Origin: the human T2T-CHM13v2.0 reference genome, Homo sapiens
DNA: 64,000 bases
Strand: one strand, 5' to 3'
Assembly: GCF_009914755.1 (NCBI RefSeq)
Contig: NC_060932.1
Numbering within the stretch: position 1 is the stretch's first letter; each line of letters opens with the position of its first letter. The translations under genes were made by a program, and so were the position numbers. Below, piece after piece: positions 40,961 through 52,700 of this stretch. The notes beneath the pieces were generated by a model. It had not been told where the DNA came from, searched no databases, and saw only the letters and a list, made by a program, of their open reading frames with translations.

Positions 40961-41406
40961 GTCTCTCTCTCTTCTCCTGCTTCTCTCCTTTCTTCTTCTG
41001 ATAGTGTTTCTTCCACCATCTCAGGTTTTTACTTCTTTTGAGACAGGGTCTTGGTCTGTCACTCAGGCTGGAGTGCAGTGGTGTGATCATGGCTCACTGA
41101 AGCCTCAACCTCCCCAGGCTCTAGTGATCTTCCCATCTCAGCCTCCCAAGTAGCTGGCACTACAGGCACACATCACCACCATCACGCTTTTGAGGCTGTA
41201 ATCCACTTTCTGTGCTCTTAGGTTCTGGAAACCCCATCACCATTCTTTTGTTCCTCCAGCCCTAGATAATATCTGATTTACCTTAATTTCCCCTTTTTTG
41301 CTCTTTGACTGTCTAAGATCGTTGTAGCCTATTGCCTGTATTAAATATCCTCTGTATGAAATACATAGGTTGGTTTCTTTTTCTGACTAGACTGTGATTG
41401 ATACAA
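40745..41406 (+). mobile_element. LTR33-like ERVL LTR interrupted by (CT)n and an Alu arm
   Basis: GGGGCTGGAAGTCTGAAAACTACATTTCCCAGA ... CCTGTATTAAAT ... TGATTGATACA. Confidence 0.65.
41030..41180 (-). mobile_element. AluJ right arm / FRAM
   Basis: TTTGAGACAGGGTCTTGG ... CTCAGCCTCCCAAGTAGCTGG; the only minus-strand Alu in the window. Confidence 0.9.
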
Positions 41407-41528
41407 TAAAAACAAAATTTTTTAATGAGGAATTGCTCATCTTACTTGGTTTTTGCCCACTTTGGTCTCCAAAATCTAGACTTTTGAAGTCAATCAGGGT
41501 ACACTCATCCAAAATATCCCTGTATCAC

Positions 41529-42099
41529 TGTATTGATTGTGTTTTTGTATTTTTTACATTTTGTGATGTTTTGACATCTTAAAAAGCTTTCTGACCAAGG
41601 GGAGACTGTTCCTTCCTGGCCAGTCCCTTCTTAGTCTCAGTAAAAGACTCAGCAAGGAGTATGTTTCTTATGTACAAACAAACCAATCCCACATCTCTAG
41701 CCTCAACCACCTCCTTCTATAACTCTCACATATCAAGCCAATATTTCCTCTGTCCTAAATCATCCCAGTGCCAGGTACCAGGCAACTAGAGACCACTGCT
41801 ATAGCTCAAAGCCCACCAGAATTATTCAAACTAGTCAGCCCTAATCTGTCCACTCTGCCCTGCCTTGCGTTTCCCGCAGAAACCCCAGCTCTATCTCAGG
41901 CTCTCCCCGCACTCTTGTCTTCTGCCACCTGACCCAAACCTGGTGCTTCTCCTGTGGCCCAGTATGGCATGTGGCGAATTCCTCTCTGGGATCTGTGAGT
42001 ATAATCAACTTTTTCTTTTCAAGCTTTATTCTCATTCCCTCTTGCGGTCATGCCAACTTTACCACACCATAGCCCACATGAACATTCTTAGAATAATAA

Positions 42100-42101
<2 letters not shown>
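41529..42101 (+). mobile_element. MER74-like ERVL LTR
   Basis: TTTTGACATCTT ... GCCAGGTACCAGGCAACTAGAGAC ... AATTATTCAAACTAG match the recalled MER74 consensus. Confidence 0.75.
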
Positions 42102-42660
<559 letters not shown>

Positions 42661-43639
42661 GTCTACAGTAATATTTCAAAAATTATTTTAGTGTCTGTAT
42701 GAAGAAGATATTAAGAGGTTAAGAATGGCTAAAGTCATATTTTGTATAAAAATCAAAGAGTACCAAAATATTGATATGCATCTGACTATACAGATTACAG
42801 AATTATTATATGTCTTCAGCTGCTCTTCTTTAGGGATGTGGCAATAACCTTTATTCCACCAGCTAAGGGAATGATTATGGTCCAGGAAAAATGTTCTTCT
42901 GCTTTTATTCCTTGCTGTCAGGCTAGAATGTCAAGCCTCTTATTACAAGAACACTGTTACTAAATCTCAGCCTTTGCTTATTCCCTGTGAATATGGCAGT
43001 CTTTAAGTAGAAAATAGTTATCATTCTACTTCGTTTTCTTTCTTTTCTCAGGAGATTAAAAAGGGATTAGCTGTAAGAATATAAGCGGAACCTTAAAAGG
43101 AAGTTCATGGAAACCCACAAAGTAGAACACTAGCTCAGCAAGGCCTCATAAGAACTGGAATAGAGAACTCAAAGGCATCGTGAACTAAGTGTGTGCCCTC
43201 TTCTCCTCCTTCTCTCTGTCTCTGTCTCTATCTTCCTCTGTGCCTCTCTCCCTCCCTCCTCATGCCATATCTACTTCTTTCAGAGGTTGCTGCCTTGTTT
43301 TCCCCTCCCCACTGCCTGGGCTCTGTTTAACCTCAGCATGAACATGGATCACAGGGGCTGTCCCTGTCTCAACTGGCACAATTGCCACCTGCGGTCCCCA
43401 AGGGCCCCATCTCTCAGTTTTATCACTGCATGATTTCTATGGGCAGTTTCACTTCCTCCTGTGCTCAGCAAAACGCTGACTGTGAGCTGTGTGATAATAA
43501 AACTCTCCTTCTCGAACCTGAAGTTTGCATTTTCTCTCTGAGGAAAAGTATTCTGAATACTGGATAATGGGAGGAGGGTTTTAAATCTCTTTTTGCAAAA
43601 ACAGAATTTTCCTTCCTTCCTAACAAAAGTTGGCTTAAA

Positions 43640-44075
43640 GTCCAAAATTATAAAGGCTTCTTGTTGACATGATCTGTCCCTGCTTCACCCCTTCCCCAAC
43701 CTTAGACTCTCTAAGGCTCCCCCTCAGTCTTTCTGGCCCACCTACCACAGCCTTGCTGCATTCTCTTAGATTTGCACATTTACATATTCTGCCCTTTCTA
43801 CCTGGAACTCACTCTCCCTTTTCACCTGGTTAATTCCGACTCATCCTTGAGATCTCAACTCTGTTGTCACTCCCCTAGGGAAGCTCTGCCTGACCCCCCT
43901 AATCATCTCATCATCAAACCCAGTCTGAAATTGGTTGGTGTGGTTATTGTACAAATTCCTTTCTTACTTATTAGTATGTGAGTCCAGAGGCCATGTCTGG
44001 TTTTGTCCATTATTGTATCCCCTGCATCAGATAGCAGAGAGCACCTGGTGGGCTTTAATAAAAATTTGATTGAAT
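43640..44075 (+). mobile_element. L2 3' fragment
   Basis: ACTCATCCTTGAGATCTCAACT ... GGGAAGCTCTGCCTGACC ... ATTGTATCCCCTGCA. Confidence 0.7.
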
Positions 44076-44146
44076 CCATTCTGTTCCTTAGTAATCATAT
44101 GGTTCATCTTTAAGCTCTTTAACTAGTCTCATATAAAACAATTTTG

Positions 44147-44260
44147 GGCTGGGTACAGTGGCTCATGCCTGTAATCCCAGCACTTTGGGAAGCCGAGGCA
44201 GAAAGATCACTTGAAACCAGAAGTTTAAGACCAGCATGGGCAGCATAGCAAGATCCTATT

Positions 44261-44306
<46 letters not shown>

Positions 44307-44476
44307 GTTAATTAGCTGAGCATCATAGCATGTGCCTGTACTCCTAGCTCTTTGGGAAGCTGAGGTGGGAGGATTGTCCAGGAGTTCAAGGCTGCAGTGA
44401 GCTATGATCACGCCATTCACTGCACTCCACACTAAGCAACAGAGTGAGACCCTATCAAAAAAAAAAAAAAAAAAAA
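44147..44476 (+). mobile_element. AluJ with a (CA)n-converted middle linker
   Basis: Left arm, ~(CA)20 at 44263-44303, right arm, poly(A). Confidence 0.95.
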
Positions 44477-44920
44477 CTGTCCTTGTTTTATAATTTCCTA
44501 TTCTTCTTTCATGCATATAATGCCCTCTTTTATCTATTTAAAGATATTAAATATAATTGCTTTTCTTTTAAAGGCCTGTGCTGATGGCTCTATTATCTAT
44601 GTTTCCTTGATTATAAGAACTTGTCTTGTTTATTTCATTTTAATGGGTTTCCTCAGATGTTTGGCAATTTTTCATTGAGTGTTCATGTTCTCTGGCAGAA
44701 GATTTTCACATGTGGCCTGTGAGGCAGCTTTCCGCTGTAGTCTCAGGACAGAGTCACTGTTTACTCACTTCACGCTTAAAATTTTGTAACATTTTTCTCT
44801 AACACGGTTTACTTCAGTTTGTCTTGACAAAAACTCTAGATGGTAGACAGAGCATGTAATATCATTATCTTTATTTTACAACTAAATAAAATTCTGAGAA
44901 ATTGTGTCTTCCCCAAAATG

Positions 44921-45268
44921 ATGCGGTTGATATAATATCAGAGCCAAACTCAGACTCAACCATCTGAGTGCCTATCCCAGCATCATCACACCACACCACA
45001 GCTGCCCATGCAGTTGATATAATATCAGAGCCAAACTCAGACTCAACCATCTGAGTGCCTATCCCAGCATCATCACACCACACCACAGCTGCCCATGCAG
45101 TTGATATAATATCAGAGCCAAACTCAGACTCAACCATCTGAGTGCCTATCCCAGCATCATCACACCACACCACAGCTGCCCATGCAGTTGATATAATATC
45201 AGAGCCAAACTCAGACTCAACCATCTGAGTGCCTATCCCAGCATCATCACACCACACCACAGCTGCCC
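44921..45268. repeat. 87-bp x4 minisatellite (MIR-derived)
   Basis: Units start at 44921, 45008, 45095 and 45182; one mismatch overall (44925); continues a minus-strand MIR beginning ~44810. Confidence 0.97.
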
Positions 45269-45294
45269 CTCACGTGGGTCTGCTCAGAGGTCAG

Positions 45295-45880
45295 CATTAT
45301 CGTCAGCGTTTCCAGTTCCAAGCGACAAAAACCCAGCCCACGCTGTTCACTTGTGTTTAGGAACTTGTGTGTTTCGTTTATTTCATTTTGATGGCTTTCC
45401 TCAGATGTTTGGTGATTTTTCATTGAGTGTTCATCTTCTAACAGAAGCAAGCAAGAAAGAAAGGTAAACAACTTAAGGACGGTAGAACTCGGCCTTGACA
45501 ATGGCTGGACCCAGGGACCTTCAGGCTCTCAGGATTCTCCTTCTCCATCTCCTGACTCTGCTTCTCTGTGTGCTGGCTCCCTTCTCTCCTTCTGCAGGAT
45601 GTATTCTTTACATGGTGGAGGACAGGACTTCCAGGATCCCTGGATCCACATCCCAACAGCTCTGCCTACCCACCACCTTCATCCCGTTCCCCAGAAGAAA
45701 AGAGAGAATTTTTCTCTCCTACCTTCAGTTTCTAAAATCCTCAAGAAGGACTCAGGTTGGGCCAGCTTACCTGCCTGACCCTCCCCGCTGGACCAGCCAC
45801 TACAGTCACGGAGATAATCATCATTGGCCTGATCTAGGTTATGGGATCCCCTCTGGGGCTGGAGAGCAGGGCCTAAATGT
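45295..45880 (-). mobile_element. MLT1K-like LTR with a foreign insert
   Basis: CAGTTCCAAGCGACAAAAACCCAGC ... TGGCTGGACCCAGGGA ... CTCCATCTCCTGACTCTGCTT ... CATTGGCCTGATCTAGG. Confidence 0.7.
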
Positions 45881-46503
45881 CAGCCCACCAACAAAATTAC
45901 AAATAACTTCTCAAAAGGAGAGTACTACTGTTCTACCCTTATTACAGGAAGCCATCTAGTAGGGCTTGTGGTGAATGGCTGCCCTGTAAGGTATGCACAT
46001 ACAAGAACATTGGTTAGCAAAAGATATGGAGACATAGTTGTATGTTATGAACACTGGCCATGCTTCAACCTAATGTGGTGAACAGCATCTGGACTTAGGA
46101 GTCAGATAGATTCCAGGTTCAAATCCTGAAGCTGTTGTTTAAGAGCTGTGTGACCTTAGACAATATACTTAACAAGAACACTAGAATATTTGTTATTCCC
46201 TTGGGCAATATATTTAAGTTGGCAGATAATAAGCACTCAGTGGTTGCAACTATATCTCTCTAACAGCTGTACTAAGTGTATTTCCTTCTCAACTGTCCAG
46301 AAAGCAGGGATTCTCAGCCAGGATTTTGTAGAAGCTCCAGGAAAATCTTCACTTACTTCAAAATTTGTCACAAGCATCTCAAAATAATTTTTAATAAAAA
46401 TCAGTTTTGTTCCTTTCACTTAGAAAGTAATTCTATTCATGAAGTTCTTTAGGAAAAGGAAGGCATGACACCAAATAAACAGAATCAAGCAACCAAAAAG
46501 GGA

Positions 46504-46896
46504 TTTTATGGGCTGAACTGGATTGCCCCAAAATTTATATGTTGAAGCCCTAATACACAGTACCTCAGGATGTGACTGTATTTGAAGTTAGGGCCTTACA
46601 ATATGTAATTAAGTTTAAATGAGGTCGTATGGGTACACTTCAATCCAATAGAACTAGTGTCATTATAAGATAAGAAAGAGTCCCCAGGGGCACACATGCA
46701 GAGGGACAGTCACATGAAGAGACAGCAAGAGGACACCCATCTGAAAACCAAGGAGAGAGGCTTCAGAGGAAACCCAACTCTGTCGTCACCTTGATCTTGG
46801 ACTTCCAGCCTCCAGAATTACAGGAAAATGAATTTCTGTTGTTTAAGCCAACCAATGTGTGGTATTTTGTTATGATAGCCCAAGCTGACTAACTCA
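46504..46896 (+). mobile_element. MLT1B-type solo LTR
   Basis: TTATGGGCTGAA ... AAAATTTATATGTTGAAGCCCTAA ... CACCTTGATCTTGGACTTCCAGCCTCCAGAA ... GCTGACTAA. Confidence 0.92.
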
Positions 46897-47612
46897 TGGG
46901 TATCACAACTCTACAAAAAAAAAAAATGTAGGAGTCACTACCTTTGCTCAAGAAGGCCATCTCTATGCAAACTCTGTCACCTTGAAGCCAGATTCTGCCC
47001 TTCGCTACCCACCAAACCCATTTCGAATTCTTCAGTTGCAGAAAAAATTACAATAGCAGGCTACCTAAGCTACATGTGGCTTCCTCCATCCACAGCCAGG
47101 TGGCTTCAGAACAGCTCCTTTTCAACTCTTCTTGTCCTCGCCTTGTCTTTTCAACACCCATAGAGGTCTTTCCCTACAATGTCATGGCCAAGGAATTGCC
47201 CTTCAGGTACCAGGCCCAAGTCTCTTTACCAAGCTCTAGCAAGCTGCTGCTGTGCCATCAAGAGCCCCGGTGTCTTGAGAAATGTAACTCAGGGTTGCTG
47301 CTCTTCCGTTTGCTCATTTAATTCTCCTAGAGGTGAGTAATTTGAAAACAATGCAATTACTTGGTGCTTCTGTGTGTGTTTTACATCCATTCAACTTGAG
47401 TGACGTGAACTGAATTGACAGCTTCTGCCGGGTACATACAGATGAGTGGTGTACCCACTCACCATGCACCCCAGGAGGAGGAGCTGCCAGCCCTTGGGCA
47501 GGGGCAAAGCAGATTTGCTCCCCTGTCACATCCTACTTTCATTAGGATGGAACTCCGAAGTGTCAGCTTCTGTTTACAAATCTGTAAAATGGGGATAATA
47601 GTATTTCTTTTA

Positions 47613-47750
47613 GGCCGGGTGCAGTAGCGCATACCTTTAATCCCAATATTTTGGAAGTCCAAGGCAGGAGGATCACTTGAGCCCGGGAGTTCAAGACCAG
47701 CCTGGGCAACATAGCGAGACCCATCTTTACAAATAAATAAATGAATAAAT
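47613..47750 (+). mobile_element. FLAM (Alu monomer) inserted in a MIR
   Basis: Single left-type monomer with (AAAT)n tail; MIR core TCTGTAAAATGGGGATAATA before and GTTGTTATGAGGA-like sequence after. Confidence 0.9.
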
Positions 47751-48014
47751 AATATTTATTTTATACAATTGTTATGAGGACTAAATAAATATGTGAGAGA
47801 CCTAGCAAACCTAATGTTTAATACAAACCAATTCACTTCCCATCAGTTTCTTCATCTGACAAAAAAAAGAAGAAAACAAAAAGGAAAAGAATAAACCCCC
47901 CACCATTGCAAAACGATCCAATGACGTCATATGCGGGAGATATGTATATGCATAATATCATCTGCATGGAAAGTCTAATGGTGATCACTTTTATTTATGT
48001 AATCAATAGACAGC

Positions 48015-48260
48015 ACTTACCACATAGCACTTACCATGTGCCAAACGCTGTTCAAAGCACTTTATAAACATGAATTAATTTAATTCCTACAACAACCTTG
48101 AGGTGGCTCCTAATCTTAGACCATTTTTACAGATGAGGAATCCTGCACGGAGAAGTCAAGTGATTTTCCCAAGGTCACATGGCTAGTAAAAGGCAGAGCC
48201 AGGATCCAAGCACAGTCCCAGAAAGTTTCCACGTGCAGACATGTGACTGCCTAACCCCAT
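48015..48260 (-). mobile_element. MIR
   Basis: AGCACTTACCATGTGCCA ... CCATTTTTACAGATGAGGAA ... CCCAAGGTCACATGGCTAGTAA. Confidence 0.88.
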
Positions 48261-49044
48261 TGTCTAAGTCCCGCTGGGAGGTCTGGAGGTGAAGGCTGCT
48301 TCTTTGAGGAGGGTCTTCTGCTTCCTCTCCTGGTCTTCTCCAGGCACTGCTGAGGAATCTGCAAGGAGAAACCATGACCCTGTCAGTGTCCTCAGCTGGG
48401 CTGCCATGAAACCACAGCAAGATGGGCTACTAGGGCCACAGCAGGGGAGAACAGGAGAGGGAAAAGTTGGGTGTGCCACCTGCCAACCCTGCCATCAGTC
48501 AGAGACCCTTTCTCTCTTCCCTTCTCAGCCCAAGCTCAGCTTTCAGGCACCCACTGGGGCCTCTCAGCCCCGAACCATAACTAAACAGCACCACATTTGT
48601 CACAGGCAGGGAGATCATTGCTTCTTGTTGTTGCTCAAGACTGTTTTCCCCAGGCCTTTTTTCTACCAGTCAGCATGCAAGAAAGAAGGGCAGAGTGGGA
48701 ATAGCTGCCGTTATTCCACGTACTACTTCCCTCCCTCTGTGCAAAGGTGTGAGCACCCATATGCACAGAGGGCTTCACATCTGCAAGAAGAGAAACGAAC
48801 ACAAGAGGAGCACCAGGGCAGCACAACTGAAAGGGTGCTGGAGTTGAAGTCCGATTTCTTTTACTGGTTTGTTTATTCATTCACTCTGCAAAGATCTACT
48901 GAGTCTACGTAGTGCCAGGCCCTCCTCTCAACCTTACAAGTGTGGCAGTCAACAAGATACAGCCCTTGCCTTCCTAGAGTTTATCATTCTTAAACAAATA
49001 AGGGAATCTCAGAGAGCAATGAGCACTACACAGAAAATAAAGCA

Positions 49045-49175
49045 GGCCAGGTGTGAGTGGTGTCTCATGCCTGTAATCCCAGCTACTTAGGAGGCTGAGG
49101 CAGGAGGATCAATTGAACCCAGGAGTTCAAGGCCAGCCTAAGCAATACAGCAAGACTTCATCTCTAAAAGTAAAG
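49045..49175 (+). mobile_element. FLAM/Alu monomer followed by (TG)n
   Basis: GGCCAGGTGTG ... GGAGGCTGAGGCAGGAGGATC ... AGACTTCATCTCTAAAA. Confidence 0.85.
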
Positions 49176-49257
49176 TCTGTGTGTGTGTGTGTGTGTGTGT
49201 GTTTGTTTTGTTTTTTGTTATTTTTTTTTTAAAGGAAAGAAAAGAAAGCAGAGCATT

Positions 49258-49629
<372 letters not shown>

Positions 49630-50040
49630 CTAGAAAGAAGAGTGTGTCAGGCAGAGGTAACTCCAAGTGCAAAGACCCTGGGCTGGAAGCGCTAAGTATG
49701 TTCGAGAGATACTGTGGTTAGTGTAATTGTAGTTTAATAAACAACGGGGAAAGTCCTAGGAGATGAGGTCAAATGTCCATCTATAGAAGGCATCAAAGGC
49801 CTTTTGGTCAATAGATGTTTGCCAGTTGGTAAATTATTTACATTGAAAAATAATAGAAAACTGTTGTCCCCAGTCCTGGAGCCAGTGTGGTGGAGTGGGA
49901 AGAATTCCACACTGGGAGTCAGGAGGCTTCTAGTTAGTTATCTGGTCAGATCAATTAACATCATGAGCCTTCATCTTCTCATCAGAAAGTGGAAAAAAGA
50001 CCCTGCTTTAGAGGTGCTGGTGAGAATCAACTGCAGCAGT

Positions 50041-50341
50041 GGCCAGGCGCGGTGGCTCATGCCTGTAATCCTACCACTTTGGGAGGCCGAAGCAGGTGGA
50101 TTACCTGAGGTCAGGAGTTCAAGACCAGCCTGGCCAACATGGTGAAACCCTATCTCTACTAAAAATGCAAAAATTAGTTGGGCATGGTGGTGCAAGCCTG
50201 TAATTCCAGCTACTCAGGAGGCTGAGGCAGGAGAATCACTAGAACCTGGGAGGCGGAGGTTGCAGCGAGCTGAGATCCAACACTGCACTCCAGCCTGGGT
50301 GACAGAGTGAGACTCCATCTCAAAAAAAGAAAAAGAAAAAA
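50041..50341 (+). mobile_element. AluSx-like, full length, within a MIR
   Basis: Dimer; TSD AA(C/A)TGCAGCAGT. Confidence 0.97.
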
Positions 50342-50733
50342 ATGCAGCAGTGTACACAAACAGTGGCAGCATATTATTTGGCACATGAGGTGGTCAAAAA
50401 CTGAGGGGTGTTGGTATTTCTAGCCTGAGCATTATGGGACCTTGGGCAAGTTTCTTAAGAAAAAAAGGACCGATATCATCTATTGAGTAGCTACAAGGGG
50501 CAGGCCCCTGCACTGGGCAGTGTTCATGGGTTACACCTCCTTCCCGATTTATGCTGTGAGGGGGCAGGACCCAGTGATACCCAAGATTCCATAAGCTTAG
50601 ACATTTTCCATGCGACCACCAATCCAGGAGAGACAAAGGATGTCATTCCAAGGAGAACTAGGACAAGAGCAGTGCCAGGCAAGGCCTGAGGAACAGGGAT
50701 CTGCAAGAGTTTCCAGAAGTCCACAGGGCCTCC

Positions 50734-51033
50734 ATGATGGTTAATATGAGGTGCTGGCTTAACTGAATTGAGGGATGCCTAGATGGCCGGTGAGGCATCG
50801 TTTCCAGGCACCTCTATGAGGGTGTTTGGGAGGAGATTGGTGGGCGAGTCAGTGGACTGAGAGACAAAGACCTGCCCTCAGTGTGGGGGGCAGCATCCCA
50901 TAGGCTGTGGGTCCCAGCTGGTAGATCACAGGTGAAAGAGAGGGGATACTCAGCTCCCTCTTGCTTCCTCTCTGTGTCTCAGAGCAGGATGTCTTTTTCT
51001 CCTCCTGCCTTTGGACATCACACTCCAGGTTCT
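50734..51033 (+). mobile_element. MLT2 LTR, 5' part
   Basis: TGATGGTTAATATGAGGTG ... GAGGGATGCCTAGATGG ... GAGTCAGTGGACTG ... TGGACATCACACTCCAGGTTCT. Confidence 0.85.
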
Positions 51034-51499
51034 CAAGGGGATTCAGTGCATCCTGAGCTTAGGACAAGAAAAGACCTTCACCTTCCCCTCCTAGCAAAAT
51101 ATTTTCTTGTTTGTGAAAAAAATGTTACAAACTCAGCCCAAGTCATTAGCCTTCATTCTGTCTTTGTCTTTCCCACTGAAGACAATGCTCCTGCCCCTGC
51201 TGGAAGTTCTGAAACTTTCTCACCAGAAGAAATCATTCCCTTCTTTCTTCCCCGCCTCTTTCCTTCTTCTTTCCCTCCCTCCCTCTCTTTCTTTCTTCCT
51301 CCCAGGCTCCCTCCCTGTCCTCCCACCGCCAGAACTCTCCTTGGCTTCATCTCTACAGGAAACCTGGAGACCACGGCAGGGAAATTCTTCCAGCGGCTCT
51401 GCTCTCCTCAAACCTGGGGAGACTGATTTTCCTCCTCACCCCTCGAGGGCTTCTCTCCTGCTCTGGCACTTCCCCAGCCTTCACAAAAGAGGCTGCGGG

Positions 51500-51930
51500 T
51501 GAGGGTTTTTCCATTTAATTTCATTTTTCATCATTTTTACCCTTTTTGGATGGTTCACATTTGAGGGTCTTGGTGGATTAACTGGCCAATCAGATTTCAT
51601 TATGAGCCCAAGTAGTTCTTATCATTAAACCTGTAATTTATTTCTTCTGTGTTTCATAAAATGTGAAATATTACCATTCTCCAGCAGCTTGAAGAGTGCA
51701 GAGATGCTCCATTAAGTTCAACACTGCTCCTCCATAAGAGGCTGTAATTATATGCGGATTTTTTTTTAACAGCTAAGTTTCTACTTGCAGATGCTAACAA
51801 AAGAAATAAGCTTTTAATCCAAACATAATTAATATGAATTACCTCCCTGGTACACCCTGGCTTTGCACCATTAAGCTTAATTTTTGTTTTGCATGATAAT
51901 TGTGTTATCATTACCGTTTATAGGAGAACT
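51500..51930. promoter_or_regulatory. Candidate conserved enhancer
   Basis: Repeat-free TAAT/CATAAA-rich block with palindromes ATTAAGCTTAAT and ATGATAA-N5-TTATCAT. Confidence 0.45.
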
Positions 51931-52182
51931 CAGGGACCCTCACTTTGTTTTCAGTCAAGACCAATGGGACTGGGAATGACTTCCCTCCCCTCTGCCAGCC
52001 AGACGCCTGTCCGCCAGCCTTCCTGAGCCATCCCTCCCAGCCCCTGTGGCCTAGGGAGGCTGGGGTCACGGGCTGCATTGCCAGCCAGAGACCTTACTCC
52101 AATGAAAAAAGGAAACAGATTCCTACTTACACATTGGAGGATTTGCCACCCTAGAGACAGGCTCAGCCAGAGCTGCTGCTTA

Positions 52183-52235
52183 ATCATCAGCATCAGCATC
52201 ATCATCATCATCATCATCATCATCATTATTATCAT
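52183..52235. repeat. (CAT)n trinucleotide STR
   Basis: Directly visible. Confidence 0.93.
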
Positions 52236-52589
52236 AATTGCTATTATTGTTCCTAACAGTAATGAGTACTACACAATTTCTCTGCAGCATGCTCCAGCTA
52301 CCCTGCTAGTGGTTATTTCTCACAACTATCTGGGGATCCTGGACTCTGGATTAGTTAAGCAAAGCCCCAGAAAATCTTAGATTGAGGTCCAAACCCTGGG
52401 TCTTATTAAGGATTCTGTTCAGGACTCTGTTCAAGACCAGTTGATTCTCTCTCGCCTCTGTGTGCCTCAGTCTACCTCTTTGCCTCCCACTCCATGAAAA
52501 ACATTTATGGTTTTTGAATCTGAGAAGGAAACTGAAAATGATACTCTTTCTTTAATCAAAGAGTTACTAAATACCTATGGACTAGACAG

Positions 52590-52700
52590 TAGGTAGATAG
52601 ATGGATAAATAGATAGATAATAGATATAGATAGATAGGTGATAGATGATAGACAGACAGATGATAGATTAAAGATTGATAGATAGCTATAGATGGATAGA
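52590..52700. repeat. Degenerate (GATA)n STR within an L2 fragment
   Basis: Directly visible; flanked by reverse L2 3' sequence (~52550-53300). Confidence 0.85.

Noticed and set aside
44921-45268. CRISPR-like array or repeat protein (129-aa ORF with 29-aa repeats)
   Set aside because: Units are identical head-to-tail with no unique spacers and no cas genes; the unit is MIR-derived and the ORF is a by-product of the 87-bp period.
45495-45959. 154-aa ORF with a signal-peptide-like Leu stretch
   Set aside because: Lies within an MLT1K-like LTR; the hydrophobic run comes from CT-rich repeat sequence.
48289-48912. 207-aa ORF
   Set aside because: Non-ATG start, no recognisable domain or exon context, and it runs into an L2 fragment.
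50881-51426. 181-aa ORF
   Set aside because: Starts inside an MLT2 LTR and crosses a CT-rich low-complexity tract.
51951-52380. Poly-Met and poly-Ile ORFs
   Set aside because: Translation of (CAT)n.
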